Source: Octopus sinensis
Lineage: Eukaryota
Assembly (NCBI RefSeq): GCF_006345805.1
Contig: NC_043011.1
Location: forward strand, 1,302,001 to 1,366,000
Reading direction: 5' to 3'
Length of the DNA: 64,000 bases
The notes beneath the pieces were generated by a model. That model worked only from the letters and a program-made list of their open reading frames with translations. It searched no databases and was not told the DNA's origin. Within the stretch, counting starts at the first letter, position 1. Every line of letters starts with the position of its first letter. This document shows, one piece after another, positions 48,243 through 60,999 of this stretch. A program made the position numbers and the translations under genes.

Positions 48243-48373
48243 TTTCTACTGAAATAAAGAATGTTGAAAAGAGAATAGTTGATGGTTATATCAAGTATAT
48301 TAATAACAATAGAATTTCAGCCATCAGCTTTTACCAATATCTGACAACAGACATCAGGAAATCTTTGCTTGTG
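48243..48373 (+). CDS. Candidate coding exon (131 nt, phase 1/0): STEIKNVEKRIVDGYIKYINNNRISAISFYQYLTTDIRKSLLV
   Basis: Open frame with donor GTG|GTAAGC, but a weak acceptor (TTCTAATAG). No homology recognised. Confidence 0.2.
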
Positions 48374-48864
48374 GTAAGCTTAGATCTTGTACAGCAATGC
48401 CTACTACTGTTATCGTTTGTGAAGAAAAATGCTTGATTATATATTGTGTATTATATGATAGATGTCTTTGTAACACAATACAGGCCTCACTGTGTTCTTA
48501 TTATCCATTGCCTATAATCACTATGATAGAATATGATGCTTTTTACCCTCAAGGAATATAATATCTATCTATTGATCTCTGTTCACCTATTCTCAGTTTA
48601 CAAAGAAAGGCATGCATGTTAGAAATAAGTATTGTGAAACACACACATACACGTGCACATATACTTTCGTAGATGACTGGCTATTACAGTGACTCAATGA
48701 AATGTTGTATTCTAGTATTTGCAAATGTACAAATGGATTAAATGAGGAAATAATGGCAGACTTGTGTTTAAACTAGGAAGCAATGACAGTTCGTTGACAA
48801 AAGTTTAGCCAAAGTAAATCATTTCTTGAAGACATATTTTAAGGGAGAAAAAAATATTTTAAAC

Positions 48865-49190
48865 TTATGTGCTGGTGGCGCATAAAAAGCACCATCCGAT
48901 CGTGGCCATTGCCAGCCTCGCCTGGCCTCCGTGCCAGTGGCATTTAAAAAGCACCAGCCGATCATGACCGTTTACCAGCGTCGTCTGGCACCTGTGCCGG
49001 TGGCACGTAAAAAGCGCCCACTACACTCACGGAGTGGTTGGTGTTAGGAAGGGCATCCAGCCGTAGAAACACTGCGAGATCAGACTGGGCCTGGTGCAGT
49101 CTTCTGGCTTCTCAGACCCCAGTTGAACATTCCAGCCCATGCTAGCATGGAAAGCGGACATTAAACGATGATGATGATGATGATGATGAT
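48865..49190 (+). mobile_element. 5'-truncated RTE copy (3'UTR)
   Basis: Tandem units and the ...GGAAAGCGGACATTAAACGATGATG tail. Confidence 0.9.
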
Positions 49191-51714
49191 ACCTACTTTG
49201 TCATTTCAGTATAAGTAGGTTTAGGGTTTGCAATTTTAGATATTTAACACAAAGTATTTTTATAATTAATTGTCCTTCTTACTGAAAATAAGCTGATGCA
49301 TGCACAGTAATTTATTTTGACTAAAGCCAACATAATATGTTGGCTGCTACAAACATTTTGAATATTGTTATGATACAATATGTCACATGGTTGTTACTCT
49401 ATATAACTTGCTTTTGTACTGTATTAATATTTAAATAACATAGGTCATATGTTTATTAAATAAATTAGGTTGCTGCAAGCCTGTTTTTGCTTATATTAAA
49501 TTTGGATAATATCAATATAATTATAAGATTTCAAGATAATATTGCTATAAAATATAACATTTTTCATTTATAACAATTTGAGAAACTAATATTTGTGATA
49601 TTCATGTTTGAATTTACAATATACATACTCAAGCATTTTATTTATAGGTAATGATAAAATATTTGACTCAACAGACATTTCTAAAAATACTTAGATAATA
49701 GGTGCACCTATATGATTTTGAGTGGATTGACATTATGTGAGCAGGTGCTAGGAAGTGCAGGGCACAATTAGAGAAATGCCAGTGGAGGCCTGAACTCTAC
49801 GAAAGCTGAAGTTTGATGTTTTATGTTTTGTGTAATATGCCAGTCCCAACCCAAAAGCAATGAGGGTTTGAAGCTTTACCATTAGCCACAATAATATACC
49901 AAAAATTGAAAGTTCACACAGAAGTTTTAATGTTTTATTACAAGTTGAGCATATGAGCAGGACCCAGTTTAGACAAATCTGTCTGGTTTAAAACTGGCCC
50001 TGCTTGTGAGTTGAATTTGGAAGATGAAAACTGTGCAAAATCCAAGAATTTAAGCCTCTTCCTTCTACTTTTCCTGTGGAAGTTTGTTGTTGATATCAGG
50101 AATTTGTAAGTGTTAATGTCTATGGGACAGATTTTCTCCACAGGTTAATCAAGTTCCTCAAATATTAGCATCAATAGTGGTACTGCAAATGTATTGTGAG
50201 ATATTGTGTTGTTGTTAGATGAAAACTGAGGCTGCTAAATTTATTTTAGTTTTTGTATAACATTCATTGGTTACTCTAATTTTGTTCATGTCTCAGTGCT
50301 TGTTGCATAGAATGGGAGAGATAGAAGGACCATTGATGCAGAGATTTCCGGTTTAGGGGACAGTCTTTATATGTTCATATTGTTAAATATGAACATTTCT
50401 TTTGGCCAAATTCCATCCCTGTACCAGCAGAAAATGTTGTGACTAAATTCAGTTGCTTATGTTGGGTGTTTTATTGCTGTATGCTCTTCAAGTACCTTCC
50501 AGGTTTTCCTTCAAAGTAAGGGCATCAATAAATAGGTAGGTGCTGATGCTCCAACACATTATCACATTTCTCTATACAGTTCCCTAGTGATATTGCCAGT
50601 AGCTTTGATTATGAGAGTAGTTGTGCTTTCTTTTCCCTATTCTCAATGAAAACAAAATAAAGGACTGTGACTAAGCAATAGCTCAAAGGAGTTGGGGAAA
50701 TTTTTTCAAATTGTGGTTTTAAAATCTGTTCAAGTTGTATATATTTCAGTCATCTCTGTCAAAATAGTATACAGGAAATCTTACCTGACAGACAGGTGTA
50801 GTTAATCTGAATGTAAACAAGCTAATACAAGGTGGAGCTGGTCTATTTAAAATCATATTGATCTCTATGGCAGATATAGTCTGATTTAGAATATCACCAG
50901 AAAGATGACTAGCACCACAGGAAGTTGAAGAATGGTTGCTATGTGACAGTTGTTTTTCAAGCATAGAAAGTATGTGTGCGTGTATGCATGTATATATGCA
51001 TATGCATACATGCTTGTCTGTTGCTTGTTGATTGAAGTCACTAGAAAAGTGCTTGGCTTTTTGATTAAATCAAGATAGCTCTGAGGTCTTGTGGTCATCT
51101 GAATCAGTTGCTTTATGTATGTGTGTGTGCATGTGAATAACTTTCCACTCATAAATTGCGAGCACAAATTGTGAACGTGTATACTTCATTACCGTTTGTG
51201 TGTAAGTGTGTATTGTACATGTGATTGTGTTCATATTTCAGCCCAGCTACATCAAACAGGGGATCACGAGAATGTTCTAAATATTTTCACTGTCAATTGT
51301 ATTTGAGGAATGTGAATCAGTTTGCTCCATTCTTTTTTTGGAGAATCCCGTATTTTCTAGCTTTTTTGCAGATTTATTGTTATATAGTTCTGTGCACCTA
51401 TTATAATTGACAAAATGGAAAATCTCTAGCCTGCATATAAAAGCTATAATTTTCTCATTAGTTCTCCAAAGATATTCTCTTTCCCCAGTTGTTGATGAGA
51501 TATGATCATCTCTAAGAAAGATGATCTCTACAACAGTACACGACTGTTGCTCCTTGTCCCATACAGCAATATTTGCCTTATGTGCTTATTTCAAGTTGCT
51601 GTTTTTAATGGATGCTCCACCAATGTTCTTTATTTTTAAAGCTGTGGATGCATTCTTGCTCTGGTATGCCTTTGGCATGGCTGTGAGGACAATTCTTCTG
51701 GTGTATAGCATTAT

Positions 51715-52110
51715 TCTTTTACTTGCTTCAGCCATTTGACTGTGGCTATATTGGAGCACCACCTTAGAGGGTTTTAATCGAACAAATTGACCCCAGGACT
51801 TGTCTTTTTAAGCCTAGTGCTTATTCTATCAGTCTCTTTTGCTGAATCACTAAGTTCCAGGGATGCAAACACACCAGCACAGGTTGTCAAGTGGTGACGG
51901 GGGTAAAAATACAGACACAAAGACACATACACATAGACAAATATACATATACGACAGGCTTCTTTCAGTTCCCCTCTACCAAATCTATTCACAAGGCTTT
52001 GGTCAGCCTGAGGCCATAGTAGAAGACACTTGGCCAAGGTGCCATGCAGTTGGACTGAACCTGGAACAATGTGGTTGGGAAGTAAGCTTCTTACCACACA
52101 ACCATGTGCC
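51715..52110 (-). mobile_element. SINE family B, older subfamily
   Basis: Reverse complement of the family B consensus. Confidence 0.85.
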
Positions 52111-52114
52111 TTTG

Positions 52115-52520
52115 TAGATGACTTTAGTAACAATATCATGTCTCATGAGAAGATGGTACCTAATGGATATTTTTTGGATAGTTGCTGATATGGGATGCAT
52201 CTTCCATTCTGGTACAAGACAAATGATAGTTTCTATTCCAACATGCAGGTTGAAAGGCATTGCTTGTGACTTTTGCTGATCAAGTATTTAGTAAATATTT
52301 CTTGTTTATGGATGACCTTTTTCAAAGTGAGAAGTGATTTATTTATCTCAGCTCCAGCAGATGCTTCTTTCTCTTGTTAACCTTGCTGGCATTCTCTAGC
52401 TTGTATGATGTACTCATGCAGAACTTTCGGCTAGAACTGTTAGTATTTCTCTTTCAAGTCCCTGTTTAAGGAGATCAGTCAAGCTACCTTTGGTTTGCAT
52501 GGAACAGCAGTTCATTCAGA
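52115..52520 (-). pseudogene. R4/Dong-like C-terminal zinc-knuckle relic
   Basis: Minus-strand fragments IHKQEIFTKYLISK, CTRMEDASHISNYPK and RYHLLMRHDIVTKVIY. Confidence 0.55.
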
Positions 52521-54637
52521 TTACTTGTTCAAGAGTTTTCCCCCTAATCTTATGTACTTATTTCTCTCTTTACTGTTCAGTAGTTGTTGTCTGACACTCT
52601 AGAAAAATACCCCAAAAAACTAATAACTTTGTTTTCATCACTTCATTAAATACCAATCCTGTCACTCTCACTGCTGATGTGAAAATTACTAGTCGTTGTA
52701 AGTATCTTTCTAGTTCTGATGTCTGTCTGTAAGTATGCATGTGTGTGTGCATACATATATGCACATGTGCAGCCCTCACAAAGGGGAAGACATACACCAA
52801 TATAGCAGCTAAACTTACACAACACCACACTTGAATGGAGGATGCAGTCAGACAGGAGCCTGTAGAACTGTGACCTCTCCTGCCTACATTATTCCTTGTC
52901 TGTGTCTGCATGAATGAGGATACTATGGAAGTGCCAGTATTTGATTGTTGTAGACATACAAGATGCTCTACTTGCCACATAATATACTTTGAAAAATAGA
53001 TATTGATTAGAATAAGTATGGATTCAATATAAACAACTAAATTTCTGAAGAATAAAATAATAAATGAATATCTTTATGTCTAAAACCATAGGAAGAAAAG
53101 TGTTATCTAACGAGTGTAAATGATTAACTAGTAAGGGTGATAAAAGTGAATAAATTGGAATGTCAGTTCATAGTATGTAAGTTTGAATCTACAGTAGCAA
53201 TTTGTCATGTTTCTTGGGAGTTCTACTTTATTTCATATATGTGTACAGAGAAACATTAAAAGTCTTTTTGAAAGTTACCGGTGACTGACTCGTATACACT
53301 TTCAGAGAATTTTTTTTCTCAGATAAACTTCATAAAAGTTTAACACTGGCTATCTGGATTCATATAATTCCTGAGAGTATTAATTTTAATAAGTACTACT
53401 ACAGAATTATTTGATAAACTGGTTGTTTGATAAGCTAAGAGAGTGTGTGTTGGTCATATTGCTAAATAGATAAGACATCTGTTGTAAGATGATTACAATG
53501 TCACCATTCAGGGAAAATGATGGATAATTCACTACAAATGCCTTCCATGCTCTTTGAAGATATACACTTGGTTCATATTAATTAATTACATTGGGGCCCA
53601 TGTTCAAATTCTACTGATTTTAAACATATTACACTAATGTCAACAAATTGATGTATGTAAAACTTACAAAGCTAGCTGTACTAAAACCTGTAGTCGGATG
53701 TTAATGTTGTAGTCAGCCAATATTAATGATGATAGCATCACTGCCTCATTCTATTATGAAAGATAAATTAATGTTGATTAATGATTATAGCTTTAAAGAT
53801 TCTATACACAACCACAAATGGAGCAAGAATTTGACATCAAAGAATTCAGATAATTTAAATTATATCAAGATATAGCATGTCTTCAAATTGTCTTGGGAGA
53901 TTTCTTCGTATTAGACTGATGTAGTTATAAATACACTGCTCATGTTTACATCTTTAGAAATTAGACAAAACAAATTTTATTTGGTGAATCAAGTTTATGT
54001 AGCTTTAAACCATTGGAATGGAATTCAAAGAACTGTTACTTCTACTAGATAAATAATGTTTTAAAAGAGAACTTTTTTCAGCCTTATCAGCTAATATACT
54101 TCAGCATCTTTGATGCACATGTTTAATGTTTATATCATTTGTAAAAGATGTTGCGTTATTCTTTTCAGAATGCACTTATGTCAAGATGATGATTGAATTT
54201 GATTTCTTTCTGGTTTCCAACATATTTCCTCTCTGACAATACTGTTAGAAATATGTTAATTAATAATGTTATTGCTTCTACTTTATTACAAATATTTCTT
54301 AGCTGGGTGATACACTCAAAGCATTATCTCAACAATTCTCATAAATCCAATTAATCTTGTCAAAATGTGAAGTTTTTAGTATTTAAACAGATGCTTAGTA
54401 CTGTGCATTTGTGTGTGCATATACCTTATAAATATTTGTATGCCAACTTGCATGTAAATATGTATATGTGTAGGTGAATGTATTTACATAAGCACATGTG
54501 TATACATATGTGAAGATGTTTGATGGTCAAGTTGATAGGGACTGTGTTGTTTCTTCATGATGTGGGAAAAAACAACTTTCAGTGGACAAATCCTGAGCCT
54601 GGGTAGTAACTTTGAGGGTATATTATATATAGCTGTT

Positions 54638-54873
54638 TAAAAGGTGGCGAGCTGGCAGAAACGTTAGCACATCGAGCGAAATGCTTAGCGGTATTTCGTC
54701 TGCCGTTGCGTTCTGAGTTCTAATCCTGTCAAGGTCGACTTTGCCTTTCATTCTTTTGGGGTCGATAAATTAAGTACCAGTTACGCACTGGGATCGATAT
54801 AATCGACTTAATCCGTTTGTCTGTCCTTGTTTGTCCTCTCTGTGTTTAGCCCCTTGTGGGCAGTAAAGAAATA
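54638..54873 (+). mobile_element. Young SINE family A monomer with a perfect 21-bp target-site duplication
   Basis: TSD GGTATATTATATATAGCTGTT at 54617-54637 and 54874-54894. Confidence 0.95.
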
Positions 54874-55254
54874 GGTATATTATATATAGCTGTTAGCAGG
54901 AGCACTGTTAAAGAATAGTCAGTTATTTATTCACTTGTAAGTCTGAGTTCATTTTTTCCCTCTAAGAAATACTACTTTTCTATCCATGAAGGGCTCATGC
55001 TATGCTATGAAAGTCAGAGTAAAGTCCAGAATTTGAGGAAACACATGAAATCTGTGTCAGTAACAATTAATGTAAAGGAGAGTTTATGGAATGGTGAAAA
55101 GTACAGTTGTCATTACGAGACAGGAGTAATATTTTGGCCTTTCAGGAAAGGGAAGAAAAAAGATGGAGTCTTACACCTGGCTATCAGCAAAGGATGCAGA
55201 GAAAAGATGCCAATTAAGTTTGAAAACTTATGTTGTATAAATGTGTTATACTAT

Positions 55255-55405
55255 TTTTTTTCTTTTATTCTCTTACTTGTTTCAGTTATTTGACTGCAGC
55301 CATGCTGGAGCACTACGTTTAATTGAACAAATCAACCCCAGGACTTATTCTTTGTAAGCTTAGTACTTATTCTATTGGTCTCTTTTGCCAAACTGCTAAG
55401 TGACT
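55255..55405 (-). mobile_element. SINE family B 3' fragment
   Basis: TTACTTGTTTCAGTTATTTGACTGCAGCCATGCTGGAGC. Confidence 0.8.
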
Positions 55406-57045
55406 ATGTATATATGTCATAAATAAATCCCTTTTAAATATTTTTACTTTATTAAATAATTTATGCTATGCAATTCAGGATACTGTGATAGTTAAGAATT
55501 AAATTATCAATAGCACTTATGCATCACTGAACATTGGGTTCTTGGATATTATTGTAAGATATTCATGGAAAACAAAATCCATTAATTTCCCAACTTTCCA
55601 TGACAAAACAAATTAGTTCTTATTTTTGCCAAGAAAGAAACATTGCAAGTATTGAAAAATTTTATCTCATGAAGTGCTTTAGTTGACCACTTAAATTATC
55701 AAAGAATATATTGAAATCTATCTGTATGGTTGACTTTAAGCAACAAACCATGACTGCTGCTTTAGCATGTTTAAATATCTGATATATCAAAGTCATGGAA
55801 CCAGAGAAATGAAAAGTGAACAAAAGGAAATTTTCTGATAAAATATTAATATAGACATTGAAACTCGACTATGTTCAGGTTTCTTGTAAACATCACTTAA
55901 AAGAATTATATTTACCGAGTGGAATATTGTTTAACCCAGACATAATGGTTGTCTAGGTTAAAGATGTCCCTGGATAATTTCACTCATTCATTCTCTTAAC
56001 TTTTATCATAAAACTGAAAATATTCTATGCCAAAAAACCTCAGTACAGTAATGATTGAGCAGAGGATGCCTAAACATATATTGTCACAACTCGTGGTCAG
56101 ATGTTAATGAAAACTGGCAGAATGTCAGTTTCAATGTCTGTAAATTGATACATGCCTTATGTACCACTTAGATACAGCTCATAACAATAAATAGCAAAGG
56201 AGTGTCCTTCAATAGCATGTGGTCATACCAGAAGTATAGCATAGAAGTGGATGAATTCTGCTGGGGTGATTTCTCTTAGATTCACTATGGAAAAATGTAA
56301 GTGTTGTATGGGATGTACTGTAGGTCTTTTATATTCTCTCATCATGTGAGATAAATTCATTTTTTGCCTTTCCATAACTTAGATAGAGAAAGATAGACAG
56401 TGCCCATATCTTTCCACTTTAATTCTAAAGAGATAACAAGTCGAGGTTTGCATCTTTAAAGGCGGAGAAATGCAGAAGACCAGTGTACATGACGAGCATG
56501 CAATTCTAAAATGAAAGGATTGTGCAAACAAATTAATATGTGGCCTTCTCTGTGGTGAGAGAGTAGAAATGACAAGAGGAGAAGTAGAAGTAGTCCATGG
56601 GTTTAGGCAGCAATCTATATATATATATATTCCAATAATCTGAAATGCCAAAATCGAACAGTTCGAGGTATTATCCTGAGAATCTAGAAGTACAAAATAA
56701 ACCACATATTTGTGTGAGAAATTGAAATCTCAGCTTTTTGTGAAGGAAGTCCCTAAGGAAAGAGTTGTTGAAGCTAGAAACAAATTTACAGGTTGTTTGC
56801 AAATGACAGGAAATACATTCAGATCACACAGAGAAACATTTTAATTTAAATATCAAAAGCCAGTTGTCTTGTAGAATTTGACACCAGATCCATTATTGAT
56901 AAAACAAAAATGACAGAATATAGAGAGAGATCTTTGAAAATATTGCATGTTTCTTTTAACAGTTTGCATATATGAATATGCCTACTTAAGTTCATGAATA
57001 ATTTATATTCACATATCTATGTCTGAATAATATTGCATGGATGGT

Positions 57046-57109
<64 letters not shown>

Positions 57110-57469
57110 TATCAATGTATATAAAGAAAATGTGTATGAAGTAACAACTACTGAAATAAATTGCTTTAGTCATGCATAAATATGTCATGTATACCCAGTG
57201 ACTATTTGCTGACAAAATCAACATACATACATACATATATACATACAGACATTTACATGTATATATATATATAAATATGTGTGTGTATCAGTGTGTATAT
57301 AAATATTCACACATGCACACACACACACACACACACTTACACACACACATATAAATATATATATATATATATATGCATTTATATATATTTATATACACAT
57401 TTATATATGTATGTTCATAAATATATATATATATATATTCACATATGCTTAAAGTCAATATAAACAGCC

Positions 57470-57740
57470 AGGCACAATGTGATGCCATAAAGGAAGAATA
57501 CAATCGTCACGAAGTGCAGCTAAGGGAATTAGCCGACCATGAAACCACTTGAACAGTCACTGATGATGCCTACAGTCATAGACAAAACTAGCCCCAGTCT
57601 GCTCGGTCCTCCACATGGCCATAGGGTGGTTACCTCCCCTGTCAGCATAACTAAACATTTGCATTCTTCCTACAGCTTTAAGTGTATTTTAACTTGTTTT
57701 TCTAGCAATGTAGGTGTTTTGGCACCCTTAGTCACACTTA
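57470..57740 (+). mobile_element. PLE 3' end/terminal repeat with broken hammerhead motif (about 57555-57600)
   Basis: CTGATGA-TGCCT-ACAGTCAT-AGACA-AAAC-TAG. The G of GAAA is missing. Confidence 0.45.
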
Positions 57741-57893
57741 GTGATGATTGCATATTCACATATATATACATATATATGTGTATATATTCATGCACACACA
57801 CATGCACACACACACACATACACACATATCATTATCATCATAGTTTAACGTCAGTCTTCCATACTATTATGGGTATAAATACACACACATACA

Positions 57894-57936
<43 letters not shown>

Positions 57937-57939
57937 AGG

Positions 57940-58341
57940 CAGAGGCATGGGGCGTGGATGTGTATTAAGAAGCTTGCTTCCCAACCACATGCTTCTGGGT
58001 TCAGTCCCACTGCATGGCACCTTGGGCAAGTATCTTCCGCTATACCCACTGGCTGACCAAAGCCTTATGAGTGGATTTGATAGATAGGAACTGAAAGAAG
58101 CCCGTTGTGTATATACATATGTATATATTTAAGTGTGTGTTTTTGTGTCTATGTTTCCCCCCTCACCACTATCACTTGACAACTGATGTTGATGCATTTA
58201 TGTCCCTGTAACTTAGCAGTTCGGCAAAAGAGACCAATAGAATAAGTACTAGGCCGACAAAGATTTCTTCCACTAAAACCCTTTAAGGTGGTGCTCCAGC
58301 ATGGCTGCAGTCAAATGACTGAAAAAAGCAAAAGAATAAAA

Positions 58342-58345
<4 letters not shown>
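57940..58345 (+). mobile_element. SINE family B, older subfamily, full length
   Basis: Family B head, body and AAAAGAAT tail. Confidence 0.85.
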
Positions 58346-58386
<41 letters not shown>

Positions 58387-58426
58387 TAAAAAATGGAGTT
58401 AACGCAGGTTTAAACAAGTATTTTTA

Positions 58427-58509
58427 CTTTCTACATATGTTTCGAAAATTCCACTGATACTATTCAAAAGAATAAAGGTATAAACAATGCAATCTTCTCT
58501 TCGGGAAAG
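58427..58509 (-). ncRNA. Hammerhead ribozyme motif with U4C core variant in the 3' terminal repeat
   Basis: CTTTC-CCGAAGA-GAAGATT..AATTTTC-GAAAC-ATAT-GTA-GAAAG. Perfect 5-bp stem I, palindromic stem III and cleavage triplet GUA. Confidence 0.65.
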
Positions 58510-58710
58510 TGAAAAAACGAAACTCGTCAATACGACATTTTAGCAAAAAATGATGGATTCGTATAGCGATAGACAGAACGCTATTAATATTGTTTAAAAA
58601 AACGTTATATGATATAACGTCATAAGTAGCTAACAGAAAGAGTAGGGATATTAATAGTGAATGTTAAATATAAAGGAAATTAAAGTTTAAACTATATATA
58701 ATGATAGAGA

Positions 58711-60017
58711 CTACTTATATGCACTAAAAGTATGTTTCTGCCAATGCTTACATCTGTATGCTCGTTCTATAACCGTGTTTACTAGAGTATTTTTAGAAAA
58801 AATAATGAAAAATAGCTCAGAATTGCAGAGAAGACAGAATTTCTTGCCTTTGTCATATGGCATCGAAATTGAGAGGATCAACCATTCTAAATGAAATTGT
58901 TCATTGTGGTCTTTTAAATCCCAAATCAGTTTGCTGAGACCGGTACTATTCCGTTTATTTCTATCCCTAAATGTTGAGTAATGGATAGAAATTCCTTTAG
59001 ATAACTCTAACGATGTGCTTCCAATGTAAAATCGTACTTTATTACGAGTACTGATTATACACTGGTATATAGAATTTTAAATCTTAGAGTTACTTGACAT
59101 AAATTTAATTCTATTGGAATTGACTTCAGATACAATAACCTTGTTATTAATATTTCTAGAGGGTTGGATGGTATTAGCTAAATTAATGTTAGTATTAGTA
59201 AATGTATTAATATTTAACAGTTTGTTATTATGAGAAGATATAATTTGCAAGAGATTTTTTGTGTTTGAAAACCTATCCTAACCTTATGTGAATTAATTAT
59301 AGAGTAATATCTAGAATTGTTTGGAAAATTCCTAGCAATAGCTTGACGAAACAGCAGTGGGAGATTAGATTTAATTTGTCTCCCGTAAGGAATTATTAAC
59401 CAAATATTTTTACTAGTATTCATAGCGTAATTACTTTTGAAGGTGTTATATTTACTTTTAGATCGGTAATAGGGAAATAAATAAGGGTTATCTGCCTTCA
59501 TTCGCTTTGTATCGGTGCGTAAGTTATGTTTGTTATCAATAATTCTTTTATGACTAGAAATCTTATCTACATTATTGAGTTTACAATTAGACTGAGCAGA
59601 ATCAATGTAGAAACTTTTTTCTGTATAACCTGCTTTGATTAAGGCAGAGTTATAGAATTCAGCGTTATTATTGAAAATATCAACATTAGCAGATAATTTA
59701 GATAATCTAAATGAAATATTCTTAACTAAATTCTTAGTGATTGCTCCAGGATGATTACTAAATTTGCTAATGTACTTAAGATTGGCCAACGGTTTACGAT
59801 ATGGGAAGTAAGAGTCACTGTGTAAATTAAGCGTAATATCTAAAGAGTTGGCCTTCGTCAGATCGTCATCAAAAACGATTTTTAAGCCCATTCTACTGAA
59901 AAAATTAACTAAACTATTCTTAACTTTTTGTACCTTTTGGTTGGAAACATTTTGGAGGTAAAGTAAACAATCATCACGATATAGACTTCCATAAATGTTA
60001 GGGAACTCTTCAGCCAT
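58711..60017 (-). pseudogene. PLE RT C-terminal half plus GIY-YIG endonuclease; one frameshift (about 59270) and one TAA (59077-59079)
   Basis: LYRDDC, LDITLNL, PYRKP...YISKFSNHP, FRLSKLS, AGY, then SIYQC...FYIGST, STGLSKLIW.LK, FCLLCNSE and RCKH..AYK*. Confidence 0.9.
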
Positions 60018-60234
60018 TTAGTGCATATAAGTAGTCTCTATCATTATATATAGTTTAAACTTTAATTTCCTTTATATTTAACATTCACTATTAATATCCC
60101 TACTCTTTCTGTTAGCTACTTATGACGTTATATCATATAACGTTTTTTAAACAATATTAATAGCGTTCTGTCTATCGCTATACGAATCCATCATTTTTTG
60201 CTAAAATGTCGTATTGACGAGTTTCGTTTTTTCA

Positions 60235-60318
60235 CTTTCCCGAAGTGAAGATTGCATTGTTTATACCTTTTATTCTTTTGAATAGTATCAGTGGAATTTT
60301 CGAAACATATGTAGAAAG
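60235..60318 (+). ncRNA. Second copy of the hammerhead motif in the inverted repeat, with core CCGAAGT (A9 mutated)
   Basis: The only substitution I found between the two repeats falls on the conserved core A9. Confidence 0.55.
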
Positions 60319-60506
60319 TAAAAATACTTGTTTAAACCTGCGTTAACTCCATTTTTTATTCATATTATTCAAAATATTCAACGTAAACACGAAGTTTCAA
60401 CCTTTATAAACAAGGAGTTACAACATCTTTACTTGTGAGATTTTTGCTGCCCTGGTAACTATTTATTTATTTTTCCGTGTTAATTGTTAACAAGGTAAAA
60501 TACACT

Positions 60507-60575
<69 letters not shown>

Positions 60576-60589
60576 TCTTTCTATCATAT

Positions 60590-60905
60590 TTTTATTCTTT
60601 TACTTGTTTCTGTCGTCTGACTGTGGCTATGCTGGAGCACTACCTTTAGTCGATCAAATCAACCCCAGGACTTATTCTTTGTAAGCCTAGTACTTATTCT
60701 CTTGAGTCTATTTTGCTGAACCACTAAGTTACGTGGACGTAAACACACTAGCATTGGTTGTCAAGCAATGTTGGGGGGGGGGACAAACACAGGGCTTTGA
60801 TCAGCCTCAGGCTATAGTAGAAGACACTTGCCCAAAGTGCCATGCAGTGGTTGAACCTGGAACCATGTGGTTGGTAAGCAAGCTACTTACCACACAGCCA
60901 CTCCT
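60590..60905 (-). mobile_element. SINE family B with internal deletion
   Basis: The tail and head are joined at GACAAACACAG|GGCTTTGATC. Confidence 0.85.
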
Positions 60906-60999
60906 GTGGCAATATATATATATAATTTATTTGTTTTGAGAAACATTTTCTCTATATATAGAAGACACACCGAAGCACTCAGGACATTTGAACAATAGG

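Larger units (their letters stand above)
58380..60365 (-). mobile_element. Young 5'-truncated Penelope-like element with 349-bp inverted terminal repeats (58380-58728 and 60017-60365)
   Basis: I found one substitution and one 1-nt indel between the repeats. Both flanks lie in or next to (TA)n. The RT-GIY-YIG ORF lies between the repeats. Confidence 0.95.

Noticed and set aside
50746-50964. Minus-strand ORF containing a strong donor CAG|GTAAGA
   Set aside because: Isolated, with no clear acceptor or partner exons and no recognisable product.
55600-56300. Possible RTE/BovB-like C-terminal relic (RMPKHIL) and a 17-nt microexon at 56280-56296
   Set aside because: Only one short motif each; indistinguishable from chance.
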